A stretch of 64,000 nucleotides of DNA, taken from NCBI GenBank assembly GCA_025786725.1, contig JAHLTZ010000007.1:62001-126000 (forward strand). Direction: 5' to 3'. A program made the translations under genes and the position numbers. The stretch is from Syncephalis fuscata S228 (taxonomy: Eukaryota > Fungi > Zoopagomycota). The notes below the pieces were generated by a model, which saw only the letters and a program-made list of their open reading frames with translations, was not told the origin of the DNA and searched no databases. Shown one piece after another: positions 9,384 through 24,537 of this stretch; within the stretch, counting starts at the first letter, position 1; every line of letters begins with the position of its first letter.

Positions 9384-11922
9384 TTATGGCTCCAAACGCT
9401 TTGGATCACGCGGGAATAGAGATGCCTTACGGATATTGCCCAATGAAAGGAAAAGCATTAAAACACGCTCAAGACCTGGTCAATTCATTATATAGCATTA
9501 TTAATTACAATTCATGATTAAACTCGTTCAAGGCACTACTTACCAATACCACCACCAGCATGAGGAGGTGTGCCATACTTGAATGCATTAATATATGGTT
9601 CAATTGAGACTGGATCAACACCGTGTTCATCGGCACGCTTTCTCAAGAATTCCGAGTCGTGAATACGCTGGGCACCTGACATAATTTCCTCACCACGAAT
9701 GAAGAAATCATAAGAGTTTGAATATCCCTATAATAATAAAAAGTAATTAGTAGTTGGTAATGTTAATAAATAGGTTATTATCCTGTTGTAACATAGTTTG
9801 GATACATGATAGATACGTACAGGCATATTTGGGTCGGGCATGGTGTAGAAGGGTCGTACAGACAATGGGAATTTGTCAAGCATGTAGAAATCGGTCTTGT
9901 ATTTCTCTTTGACAAGCTGGCCAAGACGACGCTCTGCTTCAGTTGACAAATCATCAAAATCGCTAATCTCGTAGCCTGATTCACGTAGCATTGCTACACC
10001 TTCCGGATAAGTAAGACATAGAGTCTTTGGTAGATATTGTAGTGGCTCAAATGGATGCTGACGATTAACAACACCAATCTCTCGTGCATAGCGTTGATTC
10101 AAACCATCAAAGATAAATACGAATAGCTCGCCAAGTAGATCAAGTACCTTGATAGATAGACAGATTAGAATGGGTATATAGTTTAATAATTGATTCTAAT
10201 ATATAAATAATATTAGCTTACTTCATGATAATGTTCCTGGAAGGCCATTTCCAAATCGACACCAACAAATTCGGTCATATGACGATGCGTGTTGGAATCT
10301 TCAGCACGGAATACTAAATAGATTACGTAGAATAAGCTGTATTAGTAGCTGTATTGGATCAACAATTTATAGTATATCTATAACTTACCAGGGGCAATCT
10401 CAAACACTCGGTCAAAATCGGCACAGATGGCCATTTGTTTGTAGAACTGTGGTGATTGAGCAAGATAGGCAAAGGCTAATTTGTATAGACAATAAATAGC
10501 AGTTCAATAGCTTAAACCGGCTGCTTACTCTTAAAATAGCTAATCTTAAATACACTGGCACCACTTTCACTGGCAGCACCAAGAATCTTTGGCGAGTGGA
10601 TTTCTACAAACTTGTTTTGTAGCAAGAACTCGCGGAAGAGCTCACAAATACCCGATTGGATACGAAAGATGGCTTGACCTGTAATGGTCTATCAATATAG
10701 CATAATGGTATAATTAATAGATTAGAATGTCATTCCATAATAAATAGATTTATATGTAAAAGCAATGTACTTACGCGAAGATCAATAACACGATTGTTAA
10801 GACGTGTATCAAGATTAACACGGCTAAACTGGCTATCTTCCTACTCATAATAGTATACATGCTGAATATAGTGGACTATTAATAGATTCAATAACTTATT
10901 TACCTTTTCATATTCTGCATCTGGTCGGGAAGCATCTTCAATCGAGAATGGTAGTTGAGGTACAGCTTCGCTTTCTACAAACAACTATATCATAACAAAC
11001 CTATTAATTATAACAATATAGTATAATATAATATAATGACTTACGGAAAGAATATGTAATTCTACATCTTGTACCGTACAGCTACGAATGGGCTCCGGTG
11101 CTTTATTGACTTGAGCCTCAACTAGAACAATCGATTCATTGGGAATGCTAATATAAAATATCATAATACAAGTAATTGATCAACCAATTAATTAATAAGT
11201 ATATTCGACCAATAGTAATTTATATAATTAAATAAATTACCTTACAGCAAATTTCAACATTTTTTTGCTTACACGCTCCTTATCGGCCACCAACAAGGCT
11301 TGTACCGTTGAATACTGGTGGCGTAGCAAGAAGAAGCACATTTTAGCACCTAAAATCTTTAATAAATGTATCCAACTGTAGTGATTATCCACTTACCTGT
11401 TGGACGTGAATGCTGTACACGGGCCCGTAAAAGAATAGTTTGACCGGCCAGATCGGCAGTAATATCCTTAATAGCAGTACGTACTCGACCTAATATAAAC
11501 AAGTAGCGTTATATTAGTATATTTAGTTGTTTGTTTGTCTATCTATTTATTTATACATCGACATCTCTATAGATCAATGGATCACCTACCAGTACGCTCC
11601 TGAGATTGATTCATAGGCTTTTTGCCATAGTATTCAGTAGAATAATCAACCTCGTTGGCTTCACGGGCTGCTTTGTCGGCAGCTTCTTTTGCCGCACGTT
11701 CTTGCTTCTTTGCCTCCTTTTCCTTCTTGGCTTGAAGCTTCTTGAAGGCCTTTTTGAGATCTTGTTTCCTTCGTCACTGTATATACGTAATATTAATACC
11801 ATGTAACAGTATTAATTACAACAGTTATAGTAATACGCACTCATAGAAGACTTCTTCTGACTCGTCTGGATTGCGACAACGTCTACCGTTACAGGTGCTG
11901 CCTGTGGTTGAGATTCTGACAT
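9384..11922 (-). CDS. DPS1: Cytosolic aspartyl-tRNA synthetase
   Basis: Motifs [56 protein letters not shown] and [10 protein letters not shown]. Apparent 1-bp errors near the 5' end. Confidence 0.97.
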
Positions 11923-12193
11923 TTTAGCGAATTAACAATCAATAGCCAACGTGTTAACCAGTAGAAGGTGAAAAAGAGCTGAAATGATAAAAGAAAAACT
12001 TCAATTTTCAATATGAATAATGATGATGTAGATGATGATGATGTTGTTACAGATAGATGACGATTAAAACTGTCATTATGAATCAGGACGTCGTTTTTCC
12101 TCTTCTTTAAAACACTTTATATTTTGAAAGTGTACACTGTAGCCAATTTATTACAATTCATTGATAGCTTAGTCTTGTGTTTTTATTATTACT

Positions 12194-13444
12194 ATGGAAG
12201 AGGTGCAACAGCCAAATCCATGTAACATATCGCTTGTGGAGGATATTCCATACGAATTACAAATAAGAATTGTTACATTCTTGAACCTTAAAACAGTTAC
12301 TGCTATAGCTCGAGTACGTAATAAAGTAGTCGATAGAACTTGTCAATAATATTATGTAGACATGCAAGGCTTTGTATAAGTTGTCAAGGATGATTGGGCG
12401 TGGAAGGATTATTAGTGTAAGTATCTACACGGCACAATAGTCAATTTAAATAGCTTAATGGTTTATATATTCAGACATCGATATGGTTCAAAAGTACTAC
12501 CGGCATCTAATGAAGATATATCCTACTTGGATATTTATAAACGTATATGTTAGTACATAATTGAATATGGGAACGATATAATTGGCACTTACATTGATAT
12601 ATAATAGCATATCCTGAATTATTAATCGCGGATAACTTTGACATTATCCATAATAATGACCCTTATTGGAAAACTATCACTATAAGGGGTAAGCTATATT
12701 TAGACTAAATAGAATATAAACACTAACTGCGCTATAGCAATGATAAAAGTATCAATGTTGCCTGGTTAAATCATGTTTGTTGGTTGCATGTAAGTGAACT
12801 TTGTAATTAATGGTTAAGTATTAACGATCTGGATAGCTGGAGGGAACTATGAATCGTATCGAACATGGCGCTTATAAAGTGGTTTGGCTTTTGTATACTG
12901 TCACACTCCATACAATCTAGACGATATAACCTTTCACGCAGATGTTGTAGGACAAGTAAGTGATATAAAGTATGTACTTGTAATTAACCATGGACGGTAG
13001 CAAGTTAATGATCAACTGGAATCCAAGTTTGCATCAACTATTCTATACAATCAGAGCCGTAATGGATTGAAGGAATATGTCATGCCTGGCACGCTGAATG
13101 TAAAGCCTGATGATAACTATGCTGATGTGAAACTTTATGTACAGGACCATAGTAATCAGTGGAAAGTAAATATAGTAAGTAATTATTGGCTGATGTATTA
13201 TAAATTAACATTTTATTAGGGATTTGTGGCGGTCAAACTGGTTCCTGCTTATAAAACTCGCAATGATAAGGAAAATTCGGAGACTGAAGAGAATTTAGAC
13301 GCAAATGATAGCTCTGATTTGGCATTTTTTTCCAATATGGATATTGGAAGCACTATTGATGAACAAGATGAGCATGATGAGCATAATGAACGAAATGGAC
13401 AAGATGAATCGAAGTATTTGTTCAATGTAGTATATCATAAATAG
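12194..13444 (+). CDS. F-box protein with putative PP2 (phloem protein 2)-like C-terminal domain
   Basis: N-terminal F-box (DIPYELQIRIVTFLNLKTVTAIAR). Later exons read HNNDPYWK, VAWLNHVCWLH, GAYKVVW and QDHSNQWK, followed by an acidic tail. Confidence 0.7.
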
Positions 13445-13684
13445 CTGTTTAATTTTAATAAATAATGATTTGCTATTGAATAGTAATTATTGTGACATAG
13501 CATCAATTATTTGTATGTTTGTATTTGCTCAATTAAATATAATAACGATAAAATAGTTAATAGATTAGTAGATACTGTTTGATAATTTAAAATACTTTTA
13601 CTATTGACAATATGTTTGTTATTTGATTGTAATACGTAACTCACTGATTAATAAATGCTATTATTTATTATCTATTTATCATGT

Positions 13685-14372
13685 CTAAATGTTGAACAAC
13701 AGCGCGACAACAACTACAACTACTAATGAGCCATAGAGTTGGCATTGATGGTGAGAATTTGGTAAAAAAGAATTGAGCTTATCGTTTTCACTTGTGTTAT
13801 TTGGAGCGGTAATCTTGACACATTCGTCATATCGCTTTTGTATTTCAGCTTATTGTAGCAGATATATTCTTGCATAGTTGTAGTTGATCATTTAGCCAAC
13901 CAGTCCAACTTTTAATGTAATGAAGTTCGCACTTATCGCATAGCTCATTTTCTAAGGAAGACTGCCTAAACTCTCGTCATTCTGTAACAACGTTCAAGTA
14001 AACTGGGTTGACGACATGTTGCTTCACATCGTGGTATATTGGTAGCCATTCTGTATAAAGTCTGGTGGCTATTTCTTCTAAGCTCTGATCTCCTATCGCA
14101 GCCATTCTCTAATATTTTAACGCTGTGTAAGTTGTTCACTGCTACATATCTGCCTGGACCACTGTCGGCAGGTGCATTACATAATTGGGCTTGGTTTGTA
14201 GCCAAATCGTTTAGTCCAACTTTTAAGCAAGGATGAGCAACAATCGGTCTGCCATTGCTTTACGGCAATCATCTGATACTTCATCTTCAGCGCTGATATT
14301 GATCGGACCTTGTGTTATAATGATGCCAACTACGGCCATCAATACGATGCAAACGTTAATGAATCGGGTCAT
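13685..14372 (-). pseudogene. Secreted, possibly GPI-anchored Cys-containing protein with several frame disruptions (pseudogene or sequencing errors)
   Basis: Signal peptide MTRFINVCIVLMAVVGIIITQG and C-terminal hydrophobic tail GSLVVVVVVALLFNI-stop. The middle requires frameshifts. Confidence 0.45.
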
Positions 14373-15744
14373 AATATAGTTAAATAAAGCGAGTGATTTC
14401 CAGAAATCGTAATGGATGAGGTTAAAGCATTGGTATAATGCACCATCAAGTAACCTAAAACAGCATATATTTATAATGGCAACTCTAGCCAACTCGTTAA
14501 CTTGATTCGATAATCTTTAATTTAGAGATAATACTAAGAAAGCTAATTAGGCACCGTCATATTGAAATAAAGGCCTAGTATTGGTCGAACCAGTTCCAAG
14601 GCAGCTGAATAGGCCTTAATCTAGCATATGGCAATATTTATCACTGTGTGTTGCAAAAAAAAATCCAGGAACCACACAACACTACACAATTGTAATAAGC
14701 TGAAACAGATAGTGTTGCAGCGGACTGTTATTATCGAATAACTGCATGGCATTTTCGAGTTTTATCAGCACGTTTTGTTACAAAAACCAGATAGTTTCAA
14801 ATAGTAATGAGCATTTGAAAAATAGTATCCTATACTGTTCTCTTGATCCAAAATTTGCTATTAATTGCTGGATAATTTTTTTGAATTGCATAGTTATAAA
14901 TAAAATAATAACCGGAGAATAAAATACCGAGCATTGGTTAAATGATTTTGTATGGATCCATCATTATAGCAAGTAAATTTATTTGCCATTTTGCATGTGA
15001 TTACATAAACACTCGACAGTATATGTTTGCATTAAAGCTTTTTTATATATTATCAACAATGGCTAAATAAAAATGCACAATCGAGTATAGATGATCCAAT
15101 GTAACATCCGCGTTACATAATATCAGAAACCAATGTTTTGTAACCATACCAGCTATAGAGATAACAGCCTTTTGCTATCTCCACTTGAACACTGTAATTA
15201 TACGCTGTATTTGACTTGTTTTGAAGAAAGGATGCTGATATGGCATTTACTCTAATCATATAAGCCATAATATATAGTCAAAGTACCTCATTTATATTAA
15301 CAAGGTCATGAAAAAAATAGTTTTTTATAATTATATTTAATATATAACACGTCATTGGTTTGTATTACGAAAACATTTGAAAGTGTATTGCTGAACATAA
15401 AATAAACATTTAAAAATGTTTTCAAATTTTTACTATAGTTACTTTGATATATTTAGTGCAATATCAATTTATATAGTACTACAGCTTTAAGATAGAATAT
15501 AATGACTAATAAGCTGATTTGTAGTAATTTACTTAATATAGACAGCTAATTACTTGTGCTAAATACATTTAAATTATTGTTATAAAATTTAGTCTTCTAT
15601 AATAAGCTGTACATGTTATATCTATAGTTATTAGTTATTTAATAAATGACGTTTTCAATTACAGTTAGTTAATAAATATAAAGCAAATTAAATTCATGTC
15701 CTTAGCAATAAACAGACTTTAGTATAAGATAAAAATACAATATA

Positions 15745-16454
15745 TTATTTCTTTCCACTTCGACGTTCTGTAGATGGTGCCAAGCCGAAACTGGATGGTA
15801 ATTGAATGTCAAACTCGACGCCAATAGCTTTAATTAAAGCATGGTGGTGCACTATTTAATAGTTTATTAATAAGGACTAATAACATGTCAGTTTACATAC
15901 CTGCATGATGTACACAGAACCAAAGCTCTCTTCCCCAAGTGGACCATAACAAAACCGAGTCTTTTCCCGCTGGATTTACAATAGCTCTAATACCGACCGA
16001 ATGCGTTGCTGGTAATAGCATATATTTCTCTAATCTTTGCGCTAAACCATCGATAAGTTGCTGTGCTGCCACTCGATCCTTCTCTGCTGGCACCTGATAT
16101 AATAGCATTAACAACAACAGTATAATCATATGCTTTCATACAGCTTACCTGTGCACTACGACGATCATAGTCAACTAGCGTATATTTATTTTCATTGTTA
16201 TCCTGACTATCAGTTGGCAATGTCGCATCTAAGCCTTCAAATAACAGTCTAAAATGATCACACAGATGTCGTACATGTTTGCCGATAGTACTGCCAGGCA
16301 CGCTACGCGATACGGCAGTGTATATGTTATCTCCTGGCAGCAGTTCAATCATATCCTGACACTGTTTCAAAATACACATGGCCGCCTCTATCACCTCAAC
16401 CATATCGCCTTCAGCCGTATTATGGCTATCTGGAATGGTTTCTAAGCCTGACAT
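15745..16454 (-). CDS. DinB-like superfamily protein
   Basis: Three exons with STIGKHVRHLCDHF, VDYDRR, STWGRELWFCVHHAVHHHALI and FGLAPST. Confidence 0.85.
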
Positions 16455-16678
16455 ACTAATATTGTAATGACTAGTGTATGCTAGCAACGCAACGTGGGAA
16501 GAATAGGAGAAAGAGGTGTAAATTGGCATGGTACAAGTTGTGTCACAAATTAATCTAAATAAAAACGGCATCTTTAGTGCCAATCCATTAGACACTGATT
16601 GGTTCGACATTATACGCGTGTTGTGTATTAGCGCCAGTCTTTTGTCCTTTGATCAACCTACCACGCTTACTTTCTAGT

Positions 16679-19481
16679 ATGTCTCTAGCGGAATCTACAA
16701 ATAATAAGCGCGATTATGATAGCGATTCCGACTCTATCGGTCCAGCGCTACCGGATCGCGATGCAGGAAGTGACAGCGATGGTAGGCATTCTATAGATCT
16801 CAGCATTGTAAAACCCCACTATTTAACACTACGTTATAGATATCGGTCCAGCCATGCCTTCAGTAGATGTCCGAGGCTCAGAAGCACAGAAGAAGAAACG
16901 AAAGCGAGGCAAGTACACACTTTTATGGCAATACAGCGTCTAAACTTTAAACAGCTCTTGCCCATGAGGAACTTTACACGGAACAATTGCCTTGTGCTGA
17001 GATGTATGAGCGCAGTTACATGCACCGAGATGTACTATGTACAGTTGATTTGACGGGGTAATATTGCGTAGATATATATATATACAATGAATGGCTAACC
17101 AGCATGGCTATTAGTACTGATTTTATAATTACTACATCTATTGATGGACATTTGAAGTTTTGGAAGAAGATGGATATGGGTATTGAATTTGTTAAGCATT
17201 ATCGTGCTCATCTTGGTAAATAGAATGATTTTGGCACTAGTATAGTATATCTGATCAATTTCATAGGTGAAATTACTAGTACAAGTGCATCAGCCGATGG
17301 TACATTATTTGCATCAACAGCCACGGATAAAGCCATCAAAGTATTTGATGTAATTAATTTTGGTCAGTTACTTGTGGAATAATATATAATAACATATAAT
17401 ATAATAACATATAATATACTAATGGAATAATTAGATATGATCAACATCATTAATGTAGATTATGTACCAGGTAGTATTTGTTGGATACATCGACGTGGTC
17501 AGGCACAGGCTTTATTAGCATGGTAAGTAGTTATAATGAATAGTAATACAATTAGGCTTATAATAAACAATAGTGCAGATCGTGACTCAAATGTGATCTA
17601 TGTATATGATGGTCGAGCCGATGGCAAGCCACTTCAAACTATTACACAATTACACAGTTCTTCTGTCTGTACTATAAAGGTAAGTTGATGGCTATTAAAT
17701 GATCACTGACAATTATAACTGTAAATTTATTTACTAGTATAATCCAGTATACGACTGTGTCATATCGGCTGATATTAGTGGTATGGTCGAATACTGGAAT
17801 CCATCCACGCCCAATGAATTACCCACTACTATTGGATTTGAATATAAATCAGCCACAGATCTATATGAATTTAAAAAGGTCAGTTATGTGGATTAGACAG
17901 TAGTATATCCACTAAATGATAGCTATATTAATAGTGTAAATCTTACCCGGGCAGTATTACATTTTCACCTGACTATGAACAGTTTGTCACTATGGGTGTG
18001 AGTGACCGTCAAGTACGTGTATTCAAGTTTGCCACGGGTAAAATGATACGTAAATACGATGAGACACTCGAAACAATTAGTGAGATGCAACAGGCAAGTA
18101 TTGAATTGGTATTAGTTAAATAACACGTAGTTAATGAGTGTTGTTGATTAGGCGGGTACAGCCTTTTACAAATTAGATGATATGGAGTTTGGTCGTCGAT
18201 TGGCCGTGGATCGTGAATTAGAATCCAGTTCTCAGGCTCATTCAATGAATGCTGGTAAGTAGGCTGCATTACCGCTATAGTTGTTGTATTAACTTAAATA
18301 GTTTTTGATGAAAGTGGTCACTTTCTACTTTATCCTACTCTATTAGGTATTAAAGGTAATGGACGATTAAATGTGTATTTATAAATGACTAATAGTAATA
18401 ATACTTAGTGGTGAATACACATACCAATCGAGTGGTTCAAATTCTTGGTAAAGGAGAGCCGCATCGATTTATGAGTATGGCTCTTTATCAAAGAGCACCA
18501 CAAAAAAAGGCTACAACTACTTTGGTAAATATAACTATAAATAATATATGTATTTACTAATTAGAACTTGATTGATTGATAATAATAATAATAATACTAG
18601 GCTATGGCTGCTTCAGATAACCCATTGGTTAAAGAAAAGGAAAGAAAAGATCCAACACTACTATGTACGGCATTTAAACGTAATCGATTCTTTTTATTTA
18701 CACGTCGAGATCCTGAATCGTATGTAGTAAAGACAATGATTATTAACTATATATATATATATATATATATACTAATATTACTATTTATCTATTACTTACT
18801 TAGAGAGGCATCTCATCAAGGTGATCGCGATGTATTTAATGAGAAACCAACCCGGAAGAACAAAGTCTAGCAGTAGCTCAATCGGCGAAACAATTTGGTA
18901 CACGCGCCATTCTACGTACAACACTCGGTGACATTCATATACAGTTGTTCCCCAGTGAAGCACCAAAAGCTGTGGAAAACTTTGTTACTCATGCTAAGAA
19001 TAATTACTATGATAATCTACTAATTCATCGAGTTATTAAAAACTTTATGCTTCAAATGGGCGATCCATTTGGTAAGTGATAACAACAACATAACCGCAAT
19101 ATTACGCATCTATGCTTATTGTAATATGTATTTAGGTGACGGTACGGGTGGTGAATCTATTTGGGGTCGAGATTTTGAAGATGAATTCCATCCAGATCTA
19201 AAACATGACCGTCCCTACATTGTTAGTATGGCCAATGCTGGTCCCAATACTAATGGCTCACAATTCTTTATTACGACTGTGCCCACAGTAAGTGTATAGT
19301 TTATATCGCTATCCATCTATATCTAATTCCATGATAGCCTTGGTTAGACAATAAGCATACTATCTTTGGACGAGCCATTGCTGGATTCGATGTTATTCAT
19401 CGTATTGAAAAAACAAACACGGATAAACTTGATAAACCACTTGAAGATATTAAGATTATGAATATTGATATTAAACAATGA
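16679..19481 (+). CDS. PPWD1: Cyclophilin with WD40 repeats (PPWD1/Cyp15 family)
   Basis: [13 protein letters not shown]40 exons and a cyclophilin domain ([62 protein letters not shown]). Confidence 0.95.
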
Positions 19482-19636
19482 TCACACTTATTACGGCTAT
19501 ATACATTTGTGATCAATAATAAACTATAATTAATGAACATCATAAATACTAGATAATAGAATGTATCGACATCGATAATTTAATGAATACGAAAAAGAAA
19601 GAAACGAACAAAGAGAAAAGTGAATACCATCGTTCA

Positions 19637-22408
19637 TTATTTGGCCACACGTCGTGCCGTACCAATATGACAGGCATTCACCTTAGTGGCAAATCTTAGT
19701 GAGCATAGCGTTTCTTGGAAGCTTTCTGGCAATGGAGAAATATTAACAAACATCAACGTCTTACTATTGCCACCTAGAGAGTTCTGCAGTAAATAGGTGA
19801 GTTTTGAGTTACGATATGGAATATGGCCATCTTTGTTATTGGATAGTGCAGCGATAACATCGCCTAAACTGGCCAACTTTTGTTAATAGCTTGCGTCTCT
19901 TTAAGACGGTCTCCAGTGGCACCTGACATGGCCAATCTTTCTGAACCGGCCAAATCAATAAGATTAAGTACACCTTCACTAGTTTCATCGGTAATAACAT
20001 TTCGACCTGTAAGTCGAAGGGTGAATACACTAATAGCGTCATATTATATTAATTAATATACAATCCCTTACTATTATATGTATATACTACTTACCTATGA
20101 CTACGAGAGGATCGCTCGTTACAAAGAGTTGATCCTACTGCTCGATTCTGACTGGCTTTCTTTAACAATGCGGTTACTTTCTCCGAGGTATCAAGCATCA
20201 CTAATAAACTAATTAGACAATGCATTTATACAGTTATGTAACTTACCAGTTTTGACATCAGTTATAATGGTCTTGTTACCGGCTACATGTTTAATATCGT
20301 GCTTCTTATTCAAATCACCGCTGCCTAGTAGATCATGAATGGTTTCATTGTAGATTTCTACAAATTGACCCTCCATCGTGTAGGCCCATCCCTTTTCCTT
20401 TAACTTCTCGGCTGTTGCAAATATTTGGTGTACTGCCCGTGGAATCATGCCAATACTTGTGGCATCTGGATGATTGGGTCCTTCCATTGTATAAGTCTAA
20501 TAATGTTGTTATCACTAAGTAATACACAGTTTATATTTAAATACCTTGCCACTGCCAGTCTGGCCATATCTGTTTAATTATTGACTATTAGTATTGTCTA
20601 TTACTAAGTAGTAAATACTTACGCAAATATACAGACTGGATAGCCATCCAATGCAGATTGAACCAATTGCGATATTTCTTCAAATACTCGCTCTTGCTCA
20701 ACATTAATAGGGAATACATTATCGAATGAGAATGGATATGACTTGGTTACTGATTTACTGCCATCAGCCGATTCCTATTAAATAGTAATATTAGTATATT
20801 ATGTCTATATAGTTTATAGAATAAATTATACCTGAGTCTGGCATAGTTCAATATCTTTACCGCCCATGGCAGTAGGTAATTTCATATGTGGCATGCTTCC
20901 TTCAGTCAATTTATTACTGTTACATTCATCATCTATCATTGTTTACTGGTATAAGTATCATAACCATTAATTCTATAAGCTTGTATACTTACTCAATAAT
21001 GGACGGACACGGCAAAAGACACGGATATTGCCTTTTAATTCCTAAAATACAATAGAGTTTATTATTGTTATTATATGTTGTATATTGTTATTATTTACCT
21101 GAATTGTATTATGTAAACGACGACGCATCATTTCTTCTTCTCGGATCTTTTGTTCCAATTCGGCGATTAATTGTTTATTGTCCTTTACATCACTTTGAAG
21201 TTGTTCAATCGTTGATTCACGAGTCTTTAATGTATCTTCCGTACGCTATAAAGTATCCATTGTATTTATATTAACTACTACCACACTATTATTATATATG
21301 TACACTTACCTGTAATTTAGTCTTTAATGCACTGTGATCACCTTCAAGTGTAAGGAATGCAGCCGATTGCGATGAAATAGTACTCTTTAACTTGGCATTC
21401 TCTTGCTTCTCTTGCGTTAAACGCTCTTCAGTTTGACGTAGTTCATCGGCTAGACTATCATGGGCTTGTTGAATCGATTCTTGGATCTTCTTTAATTCGC
21501 AAGTTCCAGTTTATGTTTTGCGTCAAGCGCTTTTACAGTCTGCTCATGTTCAAGTGCTTCTTCCTCAAGTTTCTGTTGCATATCGCTTAGCTGGGCAGTA
21601 ATTGTATTATTCTCATTTTCCTTGGCGGTCATACGCTTCTGCAAATTGGCTCGAGATGATTCAAGTTCTTTAACTATATTATATTCAATAAATACATATT
21701 TATAAATGTAATTACTATTATACTTACTCTTTGCTTCACTAGACTCAATCTTCTCGTTCATTTGGTCAACTGAATCCGTTGACGATTGGATTTGGGTCTT
21801 TAAAGCTTCACTTTTATCTTTCATCTCTTCTAAATGGCTCTATAGAATAGTTGAATAGTTATACTATGTACCATTAAATTATTTACTAATTCATACCTTT
21901 ACAGTCGATCCTTTTGCTGTTGGTGCAACCAGTCGCTTCTTCTTTGCCAACGGCCCAGTACCCGCTGAACGAGCCACACGTGCTGGATCTTTATTCTCTT
22001 TGGCCAATGACCTAGCAGTTCCATTAATCGCTGAGCTGGATGTAGTCGTTGGTGCTTTTTTGACTGGAATTGAACGAGCAGCGACTTTACTACCACCACG
22101 TGCTGTTGCTGTTGCTGCTGTTGGAGCGCGTCTTATACCGGATGTAGCACCGCCACGACGAGACCCCGCTCCGACTGTAGCTGCACCACGGCCTGGCTTG
22201 CCCACTCTTGAAGTCGTTGTTGTTGTTGTTGGCTTGGCTACTGGTTGCTGGTCTCTAACCTCCGCTTTACGTTTTAGCCCTGCTTTGCAGTATCGGCCGT
22301 CTCCTCAACAGTATCTTCAGCTAAAACATTATTGGATTTGTCTTTGGAGGGAGTAGCAAATGACTTGTGTCGTGCAATCTTACTGGGTTGCTGAGTACGT
22401 GTCGACAT
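19637..22408 (-). CDS. KAR3: Kinesin-14 (C-terminal motor, Kar3/KIFC1 family)
   Basis: Basic N-terminal tail, coiled coil, [14 protein letters not shown] neck, [34 protein letters not shown] and [10 protein letters not shown]. Confidence 0.93.
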
Positions 22409-22686
22409 GGTTGTATTGAACAGCAATAGTGGTTATTCAGTTAACAAGTCAGTATAACAAAGTCAATCAGTGACAACTTAAAAGAAAGAAAAGTAAAACG
22501 GTAACGCGTTCTGTAAAATGGATGTTATGGCAATTGTATTTCAATTGGAGGGCGTGTTTTTGAAAAATCAACAAATCAACAGATCACGTGACATTGGATG
22601 AATACATCACACCACACATAGATACAAGTTATTCATTTATTTGTCTTATTCGCTCACTTTCACTCTATGTAATAACCACTCGTGTC

Positions 22687-24351
22687 ATGTACTTGCCAAC
22701 CTTTCAGTTTCCACGTATTACTGCTTTATTCTATGCCGAGTTCCATCCTACACAAGGGCCGGCTATTGTCTATGATGTGCCAGAGGGTTCATTAACGGGT
22801 CAGGAGCGTTTATTTGACTTTGAAGCGGTCTCAGACTACGTTATTCCAAAGTCGGGCGTGACTGACCGTGTAATAACGCTAACTGCTGGCAACTACAAGC
22901 TAGTTGGTTGTCCATCGCGGGTTGAACATACACGCTATGCACGTAATGCACTTATATTCAACCTTGTATTTGTATTTGCTCGACAGGCAGACACACGGGC
23001 CTATGAACCAGTAGTTCGAAAGATGGCCACTACTCTGCGTACACTTGAGGTATTAATGGGCTATTTACAATGGCTAGCCAGTATCTTACTCTAAGGCTTA
23101 TTTAGATTGAAAGTAGCTATTTACACGATGAATCTAAAAAAGAACGTATTGCTATGCTTATGGGTCAAGCATATGAAGATTTGAATAGTATGAAAGAGTG
23201 TCTTATTCCTATTGGTAATACATTAATTAGAATACTTAATTAACTTGATTAACTGATTATATTATATTATATATTAATATTATTGTTGTTATTAGATCCA
23301 AGCCATACAGTTAATTTAAAATTATTTCCAGTTTTATCTCAGCCACCACTGATTAAAGATTATGTGGTACCAATATTAACTGCACCAGTAGAACGATTAG
23401 ATCTTGATAATTGGGATATTACAGCACGAAAGGTAAATGATTGCATCCGTTTATATATTATTAGTTAATATAGCTGTTTAATACAACCATTTAGATTTTA
23501 GAACATATCGATGGTATAGCACCTATTCGGCGAGTTGCAGAAATGGCCGATGTTGATACAGATAAAGTTCGTCGACTAGTACGACATTTAATGTAATTGA
23601 TTATTTTATTGTTGTAAATTTATTTAAATAGCTAACATTTACTCGTTTTGCTATATAGTTATTATGGCAGCGCTGTTATTGTCGATATATTTCAAGTAGG
23701 CGATGCTGTAGATGCAATGTTATTTATGTAATGCTAACATTATATAGTATTCCAATAGCTATACTCTACTAGATGGCGCAACCGAACTAGTCGATGACCC
23801 ACAACAACAACAAGAATGTATGGCATATGTTACAAAACCTGGTACGTTATTAGCATTAAATAGTAGTTAATAAATAGCTAAATAAATAGTAGGATCTACA
23901 TCAATTGCATTTTCTCGTATATTTTCACTCTATTGTGCTCTTAGACCAGGTATTGCACTAAAGGATTGGATACGTGACCATCAGGCCGATCTTAATAGCA
24001 TTGATGTTCGGTATGTATTGTGTTTATGTAAAGTACCAACAATTAAGCATAGTAAATATAGACGCATGATGGCATTTGGTGTAATCCATCGTTTATTACG
24101 TCGTGTCCATTGTTATCCTTATTTACCCGAGGATAGAAGACGCCATGTACCAGTAGCACTACAACGGTAAGTATTTGTTAATAAATAAGCTTTAATCTAT
24201 TTTTAATACAATAATAATAATAATAATAATAATTAGATATCTTGATGGCACACATCATTATGATGAAATAGGTGTAGCACTAGGATACAATTCATTTGAA
24301 TTACGTGAGATATTAACAAAAGATGCCGCATTTATTGAAATAAATCGTTAA
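22687..24351 (+). CDS. NPR2: Nitrogen permease regulator 2 (GATOR1/SEACIT subunit)
   Basis: FYAEFHPTQGPAIVYDVPEG, YARNALIFNLVFVF, WDITARK, IDVRRMMAFGVIH and LDGTHHYDEI. Confidence 0.93.
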
Positions 24352-24537
24352 TTTTGGTTGACCCAGTGTTAGATTGCTAATGTGTAAATATAAAAATAAT
24401 GTGACAAATACTTGGATGACGTGTTCAACCTCGCTTGTTCTTTCCTCGTATTTCTTCTACTTTACTGTTATCGTTGTCGTTGTTGCTGTGCTAAAACCTA
24501 TCTATTCATCGTCTACTCGTGCTAAATTATAGGCAAT

